A stretch of 63,880 nucleotides of DNA, the filler included, from Octopus bimaculoides (Eukaryota): the NCBI RefSeq assembly GCF_001194135.2. It is 7 parts of 7 records of this genome, joined end to end, with 100 filler letters (N's around TTAATTAATTAA, not from the genome) between each part and the next. Parts side by side here need not be neighbours in the genome. Positions count along the whole stretch, not along the records: positions 1 to 31,751 come from NC_068987.1; 6 more parts are not named here. The stretch is one strand, 5' to 3'. Below the pieces are notes generated by a model. That model was not told the DNA's origin and searched no databases. It worked only from the letters and a program-made list of their open reading frames with translations. The position numbers and the translations under genes were made by a program. Every line of letters starts with the position of its first letter. Position 1 is the stretch's first letter. Below are positions 1-12,643 of this stretch, piece after piece.

Positions 1-367
1 GGATGTCTTGCTTTAGTTTTTATTTTGCCTCAGGTAAGTCTTTTTCTGTAATGCTGTATTTGTACAGTATTTTTGTTTTCTTCTTGTTACTTAGTAGTGT
101 TGATTGTTTACTAATTTCGTTGAGAATCGATAAATCTTTTCTCTTTTTTTAAATTTTGTTCTGGATGTTATTTATCCACAAGGTCTGTTTGGGTGGTAGA
201 ACTCCTGTTCGGATGGGTTTGAGTGAGTATCCTGCTTCTTTTGTGGCTGCAGTGGCTGCCGCATATATTATGTCATTTAGCTCAGTGATATTGCCTGTTG
301 TTTCTGTGGTTGTTAGTTCCGTGACGGCCAGGTTTATGCTATTTATTATTGATGTTGTTTTATTATT
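1..367 (-). mobile_element. 5'-truncated R4/Dong-like non-LTR retrotransposon, ORF region upstream of RT (runs off the window start)
   Basis: Minus translation NKTTSIINSINLAVTELTT...LNDIIYAAATAAT...LWINNIQNKI*KKRKDLSIL resembles the pre-RT region of R4/Dong ORFs. Its start matches the Dong copy at 34714, which continues into RT. It abuts (AAT)n. Confidence 0.75.
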
Positions 368-397
368 ATTAATATTATTATTATTATTATTATTATC

Positions 398-475
398 GCG
401 GTGAGCTGGCAGAAATGTTAGTACCCTCGACGAAATGCATAGTGGTATTTTGTCCACCTTCACGCTCTACATTTT
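398..475 (+). mobile_element. SINE family B, 5' head fragment
   Basis: gcggtgagctggcagaaatgttag...gaaatgcatagtggtattttgtc matches the head of fuller copies at 51745 and 59544. Confidence 0.7.
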
Positions 476-673
476 TTCGTTCCTCCACTTTTATTTTACA
501 TTTCTTCTCTTCTTTTGTTGATTTTTCTTTTCTTATTCTTTTATTTTCTGCTGTCCCTCTGACTTCTCACTCTCCCTTTCTTGCTGCTTCCTCTCCCACA
601 CACATTTTTTCTCTCTCCTCTCTCTTCCTCTCTCTCACTTCTCCATCTCCTTCTCTCACACTTCTCTCCATTC

Positions 674-735
<62 letters not shown>

Positions 736-2511
736 CTCAACCTCTAAATTGTAGCTATTCTTCTCTCCTTTTATTTCATTTTCGCCTTCTTCCTTTCCTC
801 TCATTTTCGACTTTCGATATTTATCATCTTTCTCTTTCTCTTTCAATCCTAGTTTCTTTTCCTTTTCTGTAGATTTTAACTTCATTTATAACTTGTTCCC
901 TTCTCTATCTCTGTTTTCCCCCTCTCTACCTACTTACTTGGCTAGCTATCTAACTATTTATTTATCTGTTTATCAATTAATCAATCTACCTTTCTATCTA
1001 TCAATCGATCGATCGATCAATTTCTCTATTTATCTCTTTCTTCTTTCGTTTCTTCGATTATGGTTTCTTTCATTCTCTTCTTCTTTCAAAGTCTTCTCTA
1101 GCTTTTTCTTCTACCCAATTTTTTTTCATTTGTCATTCTTTCCCCATCTTCCTCCATTTCTTCAAGTTCTTTTTCGTTTCTTTCTTCTTCCTTTGTGTCT
1201 TCTTTCTTTCCCTTTCCCTCTTCTTCCTTCAAGTTTTATCCACGGTTTTTCTTTTTGTTCCGTTTTCCTTCTCCCTTTATCTCTTCCTCTTATTCACTGA
1301 AAATTTTTTCCTTTATTTTCATTTTTTTTCTTTTCCTCTTTATTCCCTTATTCTTTTTTTTTACTCTTGTAACACGTTTCAGTCAAGGACTTATTTTTTG
1401 TAAGCCTAGTACTTATTCTATCGGTCTGTTTTGCCGAACCGCTATGTTACGTGGATATAAACATACCAACATCGGTTGTCAAGCGATGGAGGTGGGGAAC
1501 AAGTACATACACAAAGACAGGCACATGTGCACACACATATATATATATATGCATATATATATATGTATATATATATACACGACGGGCTTCTTTCAGTCTC
1601 CATTAACCAAATCCATTCACAAGGCTTTGGTCGACCCGAGACAATAATAGAAGACACTACCCCAAGGTGCCATACAGTGGGACTGAACCCAGAACCATGT
1701 GGTTAGGAAGCAAGCTTCTTACCACACAGCTACGCCTGCGCCTTCTATAATATTTCTTTCTTTTTTTCCTTTATTTCTCCTTCTTTCCTTCCTTCTCATT
1801 ATTTTACCACTTACTTATTTCATCTCCGCTATTTTCTCATTATCATTTACCCTCCCTTTTTTCTATTTCACAATGTCTACATTTTTCTTTCTTTTCTTCC
1901 TTATTTATCATTTTCTTCGTCTCTTCCCGCCATGTTTCTTTCATTTATTGTTTTTTTCTATCTTCTTTTTTTCCTAATTTTTCTTTCTATTCTCTCATTC
2001 TATTTATGTTTCTTTCCTTATATATGTACTTACTTTCTTTTATTTTTGTTTTTATCTATTATTACTTTCTTTCGTCCTTCTTTCTTCTCTTCCTCTCTGA
2101 ATGAAATACTTATGTATCCAAGTTTCTAATTTAAATATTGCCGGGTAGTTGTATTTATCTATTTGTTTAATTAATTATCTATTTATATATTCATCTGTTT
2201 ATTTTTAGACCTTTTCCATTTCCAATACCCATCCCATACCAACTATCACATCTCTGGTGTTGTTAGCAAACATTTTTCGCCTTCTCATTCTTTCTCCCTC
2301 TCTCTTTTCTGTCTCTTTCTCTCTCTTTCCTTCTCTCGCTCTCTCTCTCTCTCGTCTCCTCGCTCTCTTTCTCTCACTCCCTCTCTCTCTTTCGCTCTCT
2401 CTCTCCTTCGGTCTCTCTGTCTCTCTATCTTTCCTGTAATTTCTCTCTCTTCCTCTTTTTCTGTCTTCATTTTTGTCTCAATCTCTCTCTCAGTCTTCCT
2501 CTTGCCTTTCT

Positions 2512-2552
<41 letters not shown>

Positions 2553-2562
2553 NNNNNNNNNN

Positions 2563-2605
<43 letters not shown>

Positions 2606-2620
2606 TTCGTTAACCTTGCG
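476..2620. repeat. Pyrimidine-rich low-complexity tract with (CT)n microsatellites, interrupted by a SINE
   Basis: (CT)n at about 677-733 and 2510-2600; long T/C-rich runs; the ORFs here are F/L/S or E/R low-complexity translations. Confidence 0.9.
1360..1742 (-). mobile_element. SINE family A (tRNA-like head, internal AT/GT microsatellite)
   Basis: Reverse complement of the copy at 3064-3478 (ggctgtgtggtaag...ggttcagtcccactg...ccaaagccttgtga...aagaagcccgtcg). Confidence 0.85.
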
Positions 2621-3063
2621 CATTGCTGCAGTTTAAAAAGTCCTGATATTCTTAAAACATGTAATAAAGCAGTAAAGAAGCGGGAAAAAAATGATAATAT
2701 ATTATTTCAATTTAATAGAAATTATTTAACTAAATAAACTTTTCAAAATACAACAGAAATAACAGCAATGACGACTTCATCAACAACAGAAACAACAACA
2801 ATATAATAAATAGACATTTTGAAAAGAAACTACAGTAACTACTAGGAAAAGTAGCAGTAACAAATGCCGTTATATGCTGTGGCTCGACATGCAACAAATA
2901 GCAGTCAAATTCCCTCTAAAATGTCGTCTTAAAAATAGGGACACGTTGCATAATGTATAATGTAATCGGGAAGACACCGTGTCTAAAATAATTGACGTCA
3001 TGGTCACAGCTGGAGCGCTAATGATTAGATTTTACCTAGGTCTAAAGTACAAAAGCAACAGTT

Positions 3064-3478
3064 AGGCGCAGGAGTGGCTGTGTGGTAAGTAGCTTGCCTA
3101 CCAACCACATGGTTACGGGTTCATTCCCACTGCGCAAGTGTCTTCTACTATAGCCTCGGGCCGACCAAAGCCTTGTGAGTGGATTTGATAGACGGAAACT
3201 GGAAGAAGCCTGTCGTATATATATTTATATATATGTATGTGTGTTTATATGTTTGTGTGTCTGTGTTTGTTCCTCCAACATCGTTTGACAACCGTTACTG
3301 GTGTGTTTACGTCCCCGTAACTTAGTGGTTCGGCAAAAGAGAGAGCCCGATAGAATAAGTACTAGGCTTACAAAGAATAAGTCCTGGGGTCGATTTGCTC
3401 GACTAAAGGCGGTGCTCCAGCATGGTCGCAGTCAAATGACTGAAACAAGTAAAAGAGTAAAAGAGAGTAAAGTGAGTT
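3064..3478 (+). mobile_element. SINE family A, near full length
   Basis: A-box-like tggctgtgtggtaag, B-box-like gggttcattccc, body ccaaagccttgtgagtggatttgatagacggaaac, tail ggcggtgctccagcatggtcgcagtcaaatgactgaaacaagtaaaagag. Many homologues in the window (1360, 37069, 48390, 53340). Confidence 0.9.
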
Positions 3479-3876
3479 AGAAACAAATTAAGAACAATTT
3501 GGCAATAATAAAGCTACAATATAACAAGAATAACAAATAATCACTAATATATAGCAATTTAGAAACACAATAACAAATAGAATAAAGTAACAACAACACC
3601 AACAACAAGTGTCGATATACGTCGTCGCTCAACTTGCTAAATATAGCAGTCAAATTTCCTTCTAATCTTTTAGCATTCAAACCTGCTACGTCAAACCCAA
3701 ATATTCTACTTGTTTTATGTTCAAACAGAGGCCAGATCACGCCTCTCACAACTACTCTGCAATATCATTCAAAAAAGTACACAAACGCATCATCGAAATT
3801 TCAAAGCTACAGGATAATGTATTAGAAATGATCTAATTATAAATCTCACAGAGAGAATTAAGCAGCAGTGTTTCGA

Positions 3877-4178
3877 TAAAGCAGTTGTATACTGTCAACT
3901 TAAAGTGACAGTCCCAACAAGGGAATCATACTGCTGCTATTTAGCCCTAGGAAGCTGGACCGCNNNNNNNNNNNNNNNNNNNNNNNNNNNNNNNNNNNNN
4001 NNNNNNNNNNNNNNNNNNNNNNNNNNNNNNNNNNNNNNNNNNNNNNNNNNNNNNNNNNNNNNNNNNNNNNNNNNNNNNNNNNNNNNNNNNNNNNNNNNNN
4101 NNNNNNNNNNNNNNNNNNNNNNNNNNNNNNNNCCTTATTAGGACTGTCACAGTAAGTTGACAGTATACAACTGCTTTA
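3877..4178. mobile_element. MITE-like element with ~46-bp terminal inverted repeats spanning an assembly gap
   Basis: taaagcagttgtatactgtcaactta..gtgacagtcc.aa.aagg at 3877 is the reverse complement of ccttattaggactgtcacagtaagttgacagtatacaactgcttta ending at 4178. Confidence 0.75.
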
Positions 4179-4237
4179 AGATAATGTATGATTAGCGTAA
4201 AACAATGTGAATAAATAAGCTATATATTTGACAGAGT

Positions 4238-4608
4238 GGAGGCGCAATAGCCCAATGGTTAGAGAAACAGACACGCGGTCGTGAGATCCCGGTTTCGATT
4301 CCCAGACCGGGCGTTGTCAGTGTTTATTGAGCGAAAACACCATGAGGCTCCGGCAGGGAGTGGTGGTGAACCCTGCTGTACTCTTTCACCACAACCTTCT
4401 CTCACTCTTTCTTCCTGTTTCTGTTGTACATGTATTACAAAGGGCCGCCCTTATCACACACTGTGTCACGCTGAATCTCCCTGAGAACTATGTTAAGGGT
4501 GCACGTGTCTGTGGAATGCTCAGCCATTTGCATGTTAATTTCACGAGCAGGCTGTTCTGTTGATCGGATCAACTGGAACCCTCGTCGTCGTAACCGACGG
4601 AGTGCCAC
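4238..4608 (+). mobile_element. tRNA-headed SINE (body 2 + tail X)
   Basis: Head ggcgcaatagcccaatggttag...ggtttcgattccc; 3' part shared with the copy at 29861-30173. Confidence 0.8.
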
Positions 4609-4845
4609 GATATTTGACAGACTAATCTGAATGCTAAAGAGTTTAAACTCTTGTCTTAACAACAGAAAAGCTTTGAATAATGTAGTCTGAAAGGCACTAT
4701 AACTGAAATAAAGGACGTGATGGTCACAGCTGGAACGCTTTTGGTTATTGGAGTCATATATCTGAAATTATCTTGTTGAAAGACACAGTAACAACAGTCG
4801 TAAATGAATTTCAATATAAGACCAATCTTTGCAGCTATAATCCTC

Positions 4846-4992
4846 TCTACCATAAACACAAGGCCTGAAATTTTGAGGGACGGGCGTAGTAGATTACATC
4901 GACCCAGTGCTTAACTGGTACTTAGCTTTATCGACCTCGACAAGATGAAAGAAAAAAACCGATCTCGACGGAATTTGAACTCAGAATGTAGA
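4846..4992 (-). mobile_element. SINE family B, degenerate
   Basis: gattacatcgacccagtgcttaactggtac...ggaatttgaactcagaatgt matches the reverse complement of family B. Confidence 0.7.
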
Positions 4993-6846
4993 ACCAGAAA
5001 AAATCTTGCTAATTCTACAATAACGACGATGACAACGAGCCAAAAATATAATTTGCAAGTGGTCGATCAGTTTGTTTTGCCAAGTGTGTCGATAAGCCAG
5101 CTGGAGGAGATGTCCTCCTGGGGCTAAAGCAACAGTAACATCCACCCCTAGGGGTCAGCCACACTTAAGTGGCAATACACTTCACTTTATCGTGCAGTTA
5201 CTGTTAATACTTCATTTAGAGAATTAACATTGCTTGTTTTCACTTTTTCGATATCAGTGAAGAATTTCACTGGNNNNNNNNNNNNNNNNNNNNNNNNNNN
5301 NNNNNNNNNNNNNNNNNNNNNNNNNNNNNNNNNNNNNNNNNNNNNNNNNNNNNNNNNNNNNNNNNNNNNNNNNNNNNNNNNNNNNNNNNNNNNNNNNNNN
5401 NNNNNNNNNNNNNNNNNNNNNNNNNNNNNNNNNNNNNNNNNNNNNNNNNNNNNNNNNNNNNNNNNNNNNNNNNNNNNNNNNNNNNNNNNNNNNNNNNNNN
5501 NNNNNNNNNNNNNNNNNNNNNNNNNNNNNNNNNNNNNNNNNNNNNNNNNNNNNNNNNNNNNNNNNNNNNNNNNNNNNNNNNNNNNNNNNNNNNNNNNNNN
5601 NNNNNNNNNNNNNNNNNNNNNNNNNNNNNNNNTATATATATGTATCTATATATTTATATATATGTATATATATGTTTATATATATGTAAATCAATAGACA
5701 TTGGTACCTAACAATCTAGTTTTTCAGAGATATAGCTATTCTTTTATGAGATAGCCATTTTATGAAATGGTATGGTAAAAAGGATTATTCTGTTCAAAAT
5801 AGATTTGACAAATATACCGGGTCAATGTGAAGTTTATACGAATTATCTTGCGTCAGCAGATGGTTTCTGAAGAGCGAGCTAGTTCGGCAGCCAGATTTTT
5901 TATGGCTGCAGTAAGCTTGCAGTCTTTGCTCATCATTGAACCTATCAAAATGAGATGAGTTATCGTCCGTGAAGTAGCAACGATTCTAAACAAATCCACT
6001 TAGGAAGCCTATTTTATGACTCTAAAGTGCCCAATTGGTTCATAAAAATACATTAGTATATATAGTGATAATCAATTAGGTTAAACCTATACGCATACTA
6101 GTCAAGTAGCGGTCTTAATTGGTATAAAATTGAAGCAAATCTACTCTAAAGTGTCCAACGAAATGTTGAAGAGGGAATAAAGTATACCAGAGCGATGTCC
6201 ATCGTTACAAGAGGTACAAATGAAATGATGTTGGAAAACAATAGTTCTTCCATGCAAATCTATGTTAACTTCCTAATAATTATAACCCCCCACACACGCA
6301 TATATAAATATGAGTATGTACACACACATACACACACACACACACATCTATACATATGTATAAGTATACACATAAATATATAGTTATGGTATATTCTGTA
6401 AATAACGTAGTAGAGTATGGTATAGAGATCATCCACCTTCAGATTTACTCTGTGCTATCCAGTAGTAGCATTATACGTACTTCCAGGTTTGCGTTTGGGC
6501 ATCTGTCGTATGTGAATAGGTAAATTAAAAAAAAAACTAGAGTCAGCAAGAAGAGGTACGGTTGGGAATTTATTTTTTAATCACTACAATTGCTTCGACG
6601 AAACGTAGTCCTCCAGGTGTGCAGGCACTTGATTATGCAACTGTTTCCCTGCTTTATGAGATCTAGTTGTGTTTCCTCAGGCGATATGTAAATATTTTCT
6701 CTGTAAGTTTAAAAACCTCGACTTCAAGAGTATTTTGTCTGTCTGTCGAATATATATGTATATATATAGTTTCAAGCGTATATATGTGTGCGTGTGAATG
6801 TGTTCACAAACACAAAAACACACACTTATATATGCACACAAATGTT

Positions 6847-6896
<50 letters not shown>

Positions 6897-9306
6897 NNNN
6901 NNNNNNNNNNNNNNNNNNNNNNNNNNNNNNNNNNNNNNNNNNNNNNNNNNNNNNNNNNNNNNNNNNNNNNNNNNNNNNNNNNNNNNNNNNNNNNNNNNNN
7001 NNNNNNNNNNNNNNNNNNNNNNNNNNNNNNNNNNNNNNNNNNNNNNNNNNNNNNNNNNNNNNNNNNNNNNNNNNNNNNNNNNNNNNNNNNNNNNNNNNNN
7101 NNNNNNNNNNNNNNNNNNNNNNNNNNNNNNNNNNNNNNNNNNNNNNNNNNNNNNNNNNNNNNNNNNNNNNNNNNNNNNNNNNNNNNNNNNNNNNNNNNNN
7201 NNNNNNNNNNNNNNNNNNNNNNNNNNNNNNNNNNNNNNNNNNNNNNNNNNNNNNNNNNNNNNNNNNNNNNNNNNNNNNNNNNNNNNNNNNNNNNNNNNNN
7301 NNNNNNNNNNNAGTTATTTAGACATTAACAAATTTATTAGACTATTTAGCTGAAGATCAGAATAGAGTATTCTTTGCTCTTAACTGTGAAACGATCGTAC
7401 TAAATTAACTAAAGGCAAGTGGTTTTTTTACTCTTCTCTACTGTTTTTTGTTCTGTGTGTGTCAAAAATATCGCTATCAATTTAGAGTAATAATTTGTAG
7501 TTTTGGAATCAGTAGTTCTTTGGCTGCTATTTCTGAATTCTCAGTATGTTGGAGAAGCAGGTTACTGTCAATCCCTATATATTTATGATTATAAATGATT
7601 TTACCGAAAAGGTCTTTTCATACTGAGCTACCCGGCAAAATTGTTAATTATTAATTTTATTACTAATTGACGATTAGTAATAAAATCGCACATTACAGAT
7701 ACAATTCTCACACATTACAAATACAATCTGTAAGCAGAACAGTGAAGCTATGCAAGATTTTTCTCGGGTTTAAAATGTGACGTCATTTTCGTTATCTACA
7801 TTCCAACGATGGAGCTTTGTATCTTTGTAAGAAACTAGCTCCTTATTCAAAGGAAGAATTGAAGAACATGCATGCATATATACATACATACATTCATACA
7901 TACATGCATACATGCATACATACATACATACTTTTGCAAATAGTTGCGTTCAAGCTTTCAAGTCTGTTGCAAATTAATCTTTTGACGATAGTACAAAATA
8001 TTAATCAAATTCAGGGCACGTTTGGTCGATGTAACTTATTGCAATGTGAATGTAATATCATGCAAAACGAATCCGTAAGTAAAGATATTATAATGTAAAA
8101 ATACGCCAGAACCAAGAACATTACTACAAAGACGAGTTAAGAAAAAGGAGCGGGATTTTGTTACATCGAGTAAAGAAAAGAAAATCCTACCAAAAAAAGA
8201 CATAAAGCTGAGATAAAATTTTAAAGACAAAAATAAAATAATAATATAGATGTCCCCAAAGAGGGACAGTGAGAATAATAATTCCAGTCCTATCAGGCAT
8301 ATAGGGCTGGTAGAAAAAATAAGCCTAGTGACAAACTTCTCTTCACAGATTAAAAGAAAATAGATAAATAAATTGATAAAATAAAATACGGCTACACGGG
8401 GATGTATTCCTTTAAATACTATCTGCAATTTCCATTAGCCATGGTTTCGCGAACCTGCAGAAGCGAAATTGAATTCAACTATATTTAGAATTAATAATAC
8501 ATTCGACATTATTTTCGAAAACGCTGTGACCTATTCCAGTTTTATACCGAACATGTTACGAGGAGGAGGTTTTAGTTTTTGTTATTAATACAGCATATAG
8601 ACGCACGGACACGCGCATGCACACATGCATACATACATACATACATACATACATACATACATACACACACATATATATATATATATANNNNNNNNNNNNN
8701 NNNNNNNNNNNNNNNNNNNNNNNNNNNNNNNNNNNNNNNNNNNNNNNNNNNNNNNNNNNNNNNNNNNNNNNNNNNNNNNNNNNNNNNNNNNNNNNNNNNN
8801 NNNNNNNNNNNNNNNNNNNNNNNNNNNNNNNNNNNNNNNNNNNNNNNNNNNNNNNNNNNNNNNNNNNNNNNNNNNNNNNNNNNNNNNNNNNNNNNNNNNN
8901 NNNNNNNNNNNNNNNNNNNNNNNNNNNNNNNNNNNNNNNNNNNNNNNNNNNNNNNNNNNNNNNNNNNNNNNNNNNNNNNNNNNNNNNNNNNNNNNNNNNN
9001 NNNNNNNNNNNNNNNNNNNNNNNNNNNNNNNNNNNNNNNNNNNNNNNNNNNNNNNNNNNNNNNNNNNNNNNNNNNNNNNNNNNNNNNNNNNNNNNNNNNN
9101 NNNNNNNNNNNNNNNNNNNNNNNNNNNNNNNNNNNNNNNNNNNNNNNNNNNNNNNNNNNNNNNNNNNNNNNNNNNNNNNNNNNNNNNNNNNNNNNNNNNN
9201 NNNNNNNNNNNNNNNNNNNNNNNNNNNNNNNNNNNNNNNNNNNNNNNNNNNNNNNNNNNNNNNNNNNNNNNNNNNNNNNNNNNNNNNNNNNNNNNNNNNN
9301 NNNNNT

Positions 9307-9345
<39 letters not shown>

Positions 9346-9370
9346 TGTGTGTGTGTGTGTGCGTGCGTAT

Positions 9371-9616
9371 GGAGATGCGTGGCTTAGTGGTTAGGGTGTC
9401 AGCACCATGATCTTAAGATTGTGGTTTCGATTCCTGGACCGGGCGACGCGTTGTGTTCCTGAGCAAAACACTTCATTTCACGTTGCTCCAGTCCACTCAG
9501 CTGGCAAAAATGAGTAACGCTGCGATAGACTGGCGTCTCGTCCAGCTGAGGAACACATCGCCATTGAAACCGGGAAACCGGGCCCATGAGTCTGACTAGG
9601 CTTTAAAAGGGAGCAT
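9371..9616 (+). mobile_element. tRNA-headed SINE (body 1 + tail W) followed by (TTA)n
   Basis: tggcttagtggttagg A-box, ggtttcgattcc B-box, body ttgtgttcctgagcaaaacacttcatttcacgttgctccagtccactcagctggcaaaaatgagta. Confidence 0.8.
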
Positions 9617-9635
9617 TTATTTTATTATTATTATG

Positions 9636-9674
<39 letters not shown>

Positions 9675-10058
9675 GTTATTATTATTATTATTATATATAC
9701 TTGCGTGTGTGAGTGTGTGTGTGTGTGTGTGTGTGTATGCGTGTGTTCGCATGTGTTTGTATAATTTTGGGTTGTTTATCTATTTGGCACGGGAGAGAAT
9801 CGTCGACCCAGAATCACTATTAGTATTTTTTTTATCGTTATTTTATTTAGCTTTTTAAATTTTGAAGTCTTTCTTTAATCATAGAATCCTTAACATTCGT
9901 ATATACCTGTTATTTCAATCGCTGTGGATCTATTCAGTATAAAATAGTCAGGAATATAGGAGCCATCAAGCATTACATTACATTGAATTAGATATTATTA
10001 ACTTTATAGAAGGAAACCCTTTCTTTATAAGAGATATATCATCCTTTCTATTATAGAC

Positions 10059-10117
<59 letters not shown>

Positions 10118-10120
<3 letters not shown>

Positions 10121-10660
10121 GGCTGATGAGGTCAGAAATTCTCCGATAGCTATTTCTGATGCTTTCCGGAGGTATGGCAAGGCGTCGAATCCTGCTGCCA
10201 TACGAATGGCCTTCCAGCAGCAACCCTCTCCAGCTAGGGTTTGACTACAGTCCCTAAAAACTTCAACCTCCAAAAACATAGCCGTCTGAATTGAACTTAA
10301 AGCCCTGTTCACAGATGTGGGGCGGCATGATGTCGCCCTCACTGGAAATACACCAAAACATCATCTCAGTTTGTGGGGACTTGGTTTTTATGATGTCCGT
10401 GTCACGTCTTATGACCTTTACAGTGTTAGCTTAGCATTGAATAGCAGTCATGATGTCATCATTCTCATAACTCGCGCGAATCATCATGATACAGGAAACT
10501 GTTTTCTAATATTCAGGTGGCTTCCAGTCCTCCATGCGAGCTAAAGTTTTCTCAACTACAACTTCAATCCTTATGTTCTCCAACGTCGGTAACTCCTCCT
10601 CAATGAATCAAGTTGTTCCTCAAAAGAAAAGGATATTCATACCACTAGCTACTTTGAAGT
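10118..10660 (-). mobile_element. Internally deleted maT/DD37D-like Tc1-mariner transposase pseudogene
   Basis: Minus translation MEDWKPPEY*K...IRASYENDDIM...IKTKSPQTEMMFWCISSEGDIMPPHICEQGFKFNSDGY and, after a frameshift, VKP*LERVAAGRPFVWQQDSTPCHTSGK resembles the DD37D catalytic region. Confidence 0.75.
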
Positions 10661-10961
10661 GTGTGTTTTAGCTTACTATTGTTTTACTTAATTAAATTAT
10701 CCAAGGGCATAAATATGCTATCGTCTTTTTGATTATAATTCTTGAGTCTGATGTCTGGAATACATCGAAATTATCATGTATGACATTCGTATGCCCTTCT
10801 TTGTTCTTGTTCTTCAAGTTCATGCCCATGGCTACTTTGAGGTGTTTCTTTTAGCTCATTATTGTTTTATTTATGCAAATTATCCAAGGACTATATTCTT
10901 AAATTCTTATGTCTGGAGAAATTCTGTGTAGGACAACGTTGCGAAGAAACACATGTTCACA

Positions 10962-11064
10962 GAATTAACATGCCATTAAGGAAACGTGTTTTTACACCAG
11001 AATAAACAATGAAAGCAATTTTTAAAAAACGGAATAAATAGTTTTCTTAATGGCATGTTAATTC
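10962..11064. repeat. 103-bp element with 24-bp inverted repeats (mini-MITE/hairpin)
   Basis: gaattaacatgccattaaggaaac versus gttttcttaatggcatgttaattc, one mismatch. Confidence 0.7.
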
Positions 11065-11678
11065 CATTGTATTATTGATCGCTTATGTTTATTTCCTTTT
11101 CTCATTCCAAGTTGGCTGGAATTGTCACTCGGTGCTGTCATACATTCTTTTCTCTCGGAGTAAACAAATTTTAATAAAACGAGATAGTTTCTAGTATAAC
11201 TGTATTCCTTCTTGTTATTTAAATTCATGCTCCTAATGACAATGAGTAATTCCTCTCAGTTAATATTTATATTAAATATGCATATGAAGAACTGTCCGTC
11301 TCTGTATTTTATGTATGTTATAGCTGTGTTTGCATGTGTTTGCATGTGGAGGAGGGGCGTCTTTGTGTGACTGCTTGTATTCGAGTATTATACATTCATT
11401 CATTGGCTGAAATTACAACTGAAGAGGCCAGATTTTTATAGTAAGTTAATATCAAATACCGGCAAGAACCGCTAAGTCGCTTCAATAGAGACGAAGAGGT
11501 ACCCAAAAGAAACGTTCTCTGTGGGACGAACACGCTATTGTTCACGCTTCAACCGCTAGAAGCCACTTGATGCGACCCTTAGGCATCAGTCTGCCGACCG
11601 GCGTCGTCGGGTAGAGTCGTACTGCTACATGGTGCGTTTTTGTTTTGCAGTGCTTCTCTTCTGTTCATCGGTTTTGCG

Positions 11679-12643
11679 ATGACTGAAACGAAGGAACAGC
11701 GTGCTTCCGTGAAATTCTGTTTTCTGCGGGGTGGGGTAACAGCGGCCAAATCAGTTCTCATGTTTAAAACAGCTTACAAGGACTCTAGAGTGGTTTTCAC
11801 GCTTTAGGAATAGTTACTTTTCGCTTGAAGACCAACCTCGTTCAGGGCGACCATCGACCTCCCGAGCGAATGAAAACATCACGAAAATTAATGAATTGAT
11901 CTTGGAGGAACGCCACCGAACAACTGACGAATTTGTTAATATGACTGGTGTGTCCTGGAACTCCTGCCAACGAATTTTGAGCGAGGAATTGCGAATGAAA
12001 AGAGCTGCAGCAAAATTTGTCTCGCTCTCTCACCGAAGATCAAAAGCAGTCACGACTGAATGAACAGATGTAAGTCGATCCGAATTTTTTTTCGAAAGCC
12101 ATTACTGGTGAGGAAAGCTGGTGCTACGCCTACGGCTCGGAAACGAAGCAGCAATTAAGTCAATGGAAGCAATCAATGTCACCACGACCCAAAAGCGCGA
12201 GTCAAGTGAAGTCCAATATCAAGACAATGTTGATTCACCGATGCGAAAGGAATTGTCCACACGGTATTTGTTCCTCCTGGTCAAACTGTTAACCAGACAT
12301 TTTACTTAGCAGTTCTGAAGTGTTTGCGAGACACAGTGAGACGAAAACGCCCCGACCTGTGGAAAAGTGGAGAGTTGTGGTTTCATCGCGATAATGCGCC
12401 TACGCCCACTGCCTTGAGCGCGAAACAGTTTTTGACCAAAAATGGCATGATTCCACATACCCACCCTCCCTATTCTTGTTCCCTGCGATCTTGCTCCCTG
12501 CGACGTTTTCTTGTTCCCCGAAAGAAGGAAGTCGTTAAAGGAAAACGTTTTACAGACGTGGAAGAGGTGAAGAAAAATCGACGGAGGCATTAAAAAGCAT
12601 CACTTCGTAAGAGTTCCAGGACTGCTTCGAACAGTGGAAAACG
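11679..12643 (+). mobile_element. Mariner (DD34D) transposase pseudogene, near full length, frameshifted
   Basis: MTETKEQRASVKFCF...EDQPRSGRPSTS...LRMKRAAAKFV...ITGEESWCYAY...RKRPDLWKSGELWFHRDNAP...HPPYS motifs. Confidence 0.92.

Noticed and set aside
541-2623. ORFs rich in ER, LS or F repeats, and similar poly-N, poly-I, YI, HT and CV ORFs throughout the window
   Set aside because: Translations of microsatellites or of N gaps.
3064-3135. tRNA-like A/B boxes (also at 4238, 9371, 16352, 17948)
   Set aside because: They are SINE heads continuing into repeat bodies, and I could not fold an intact cloverleaf.
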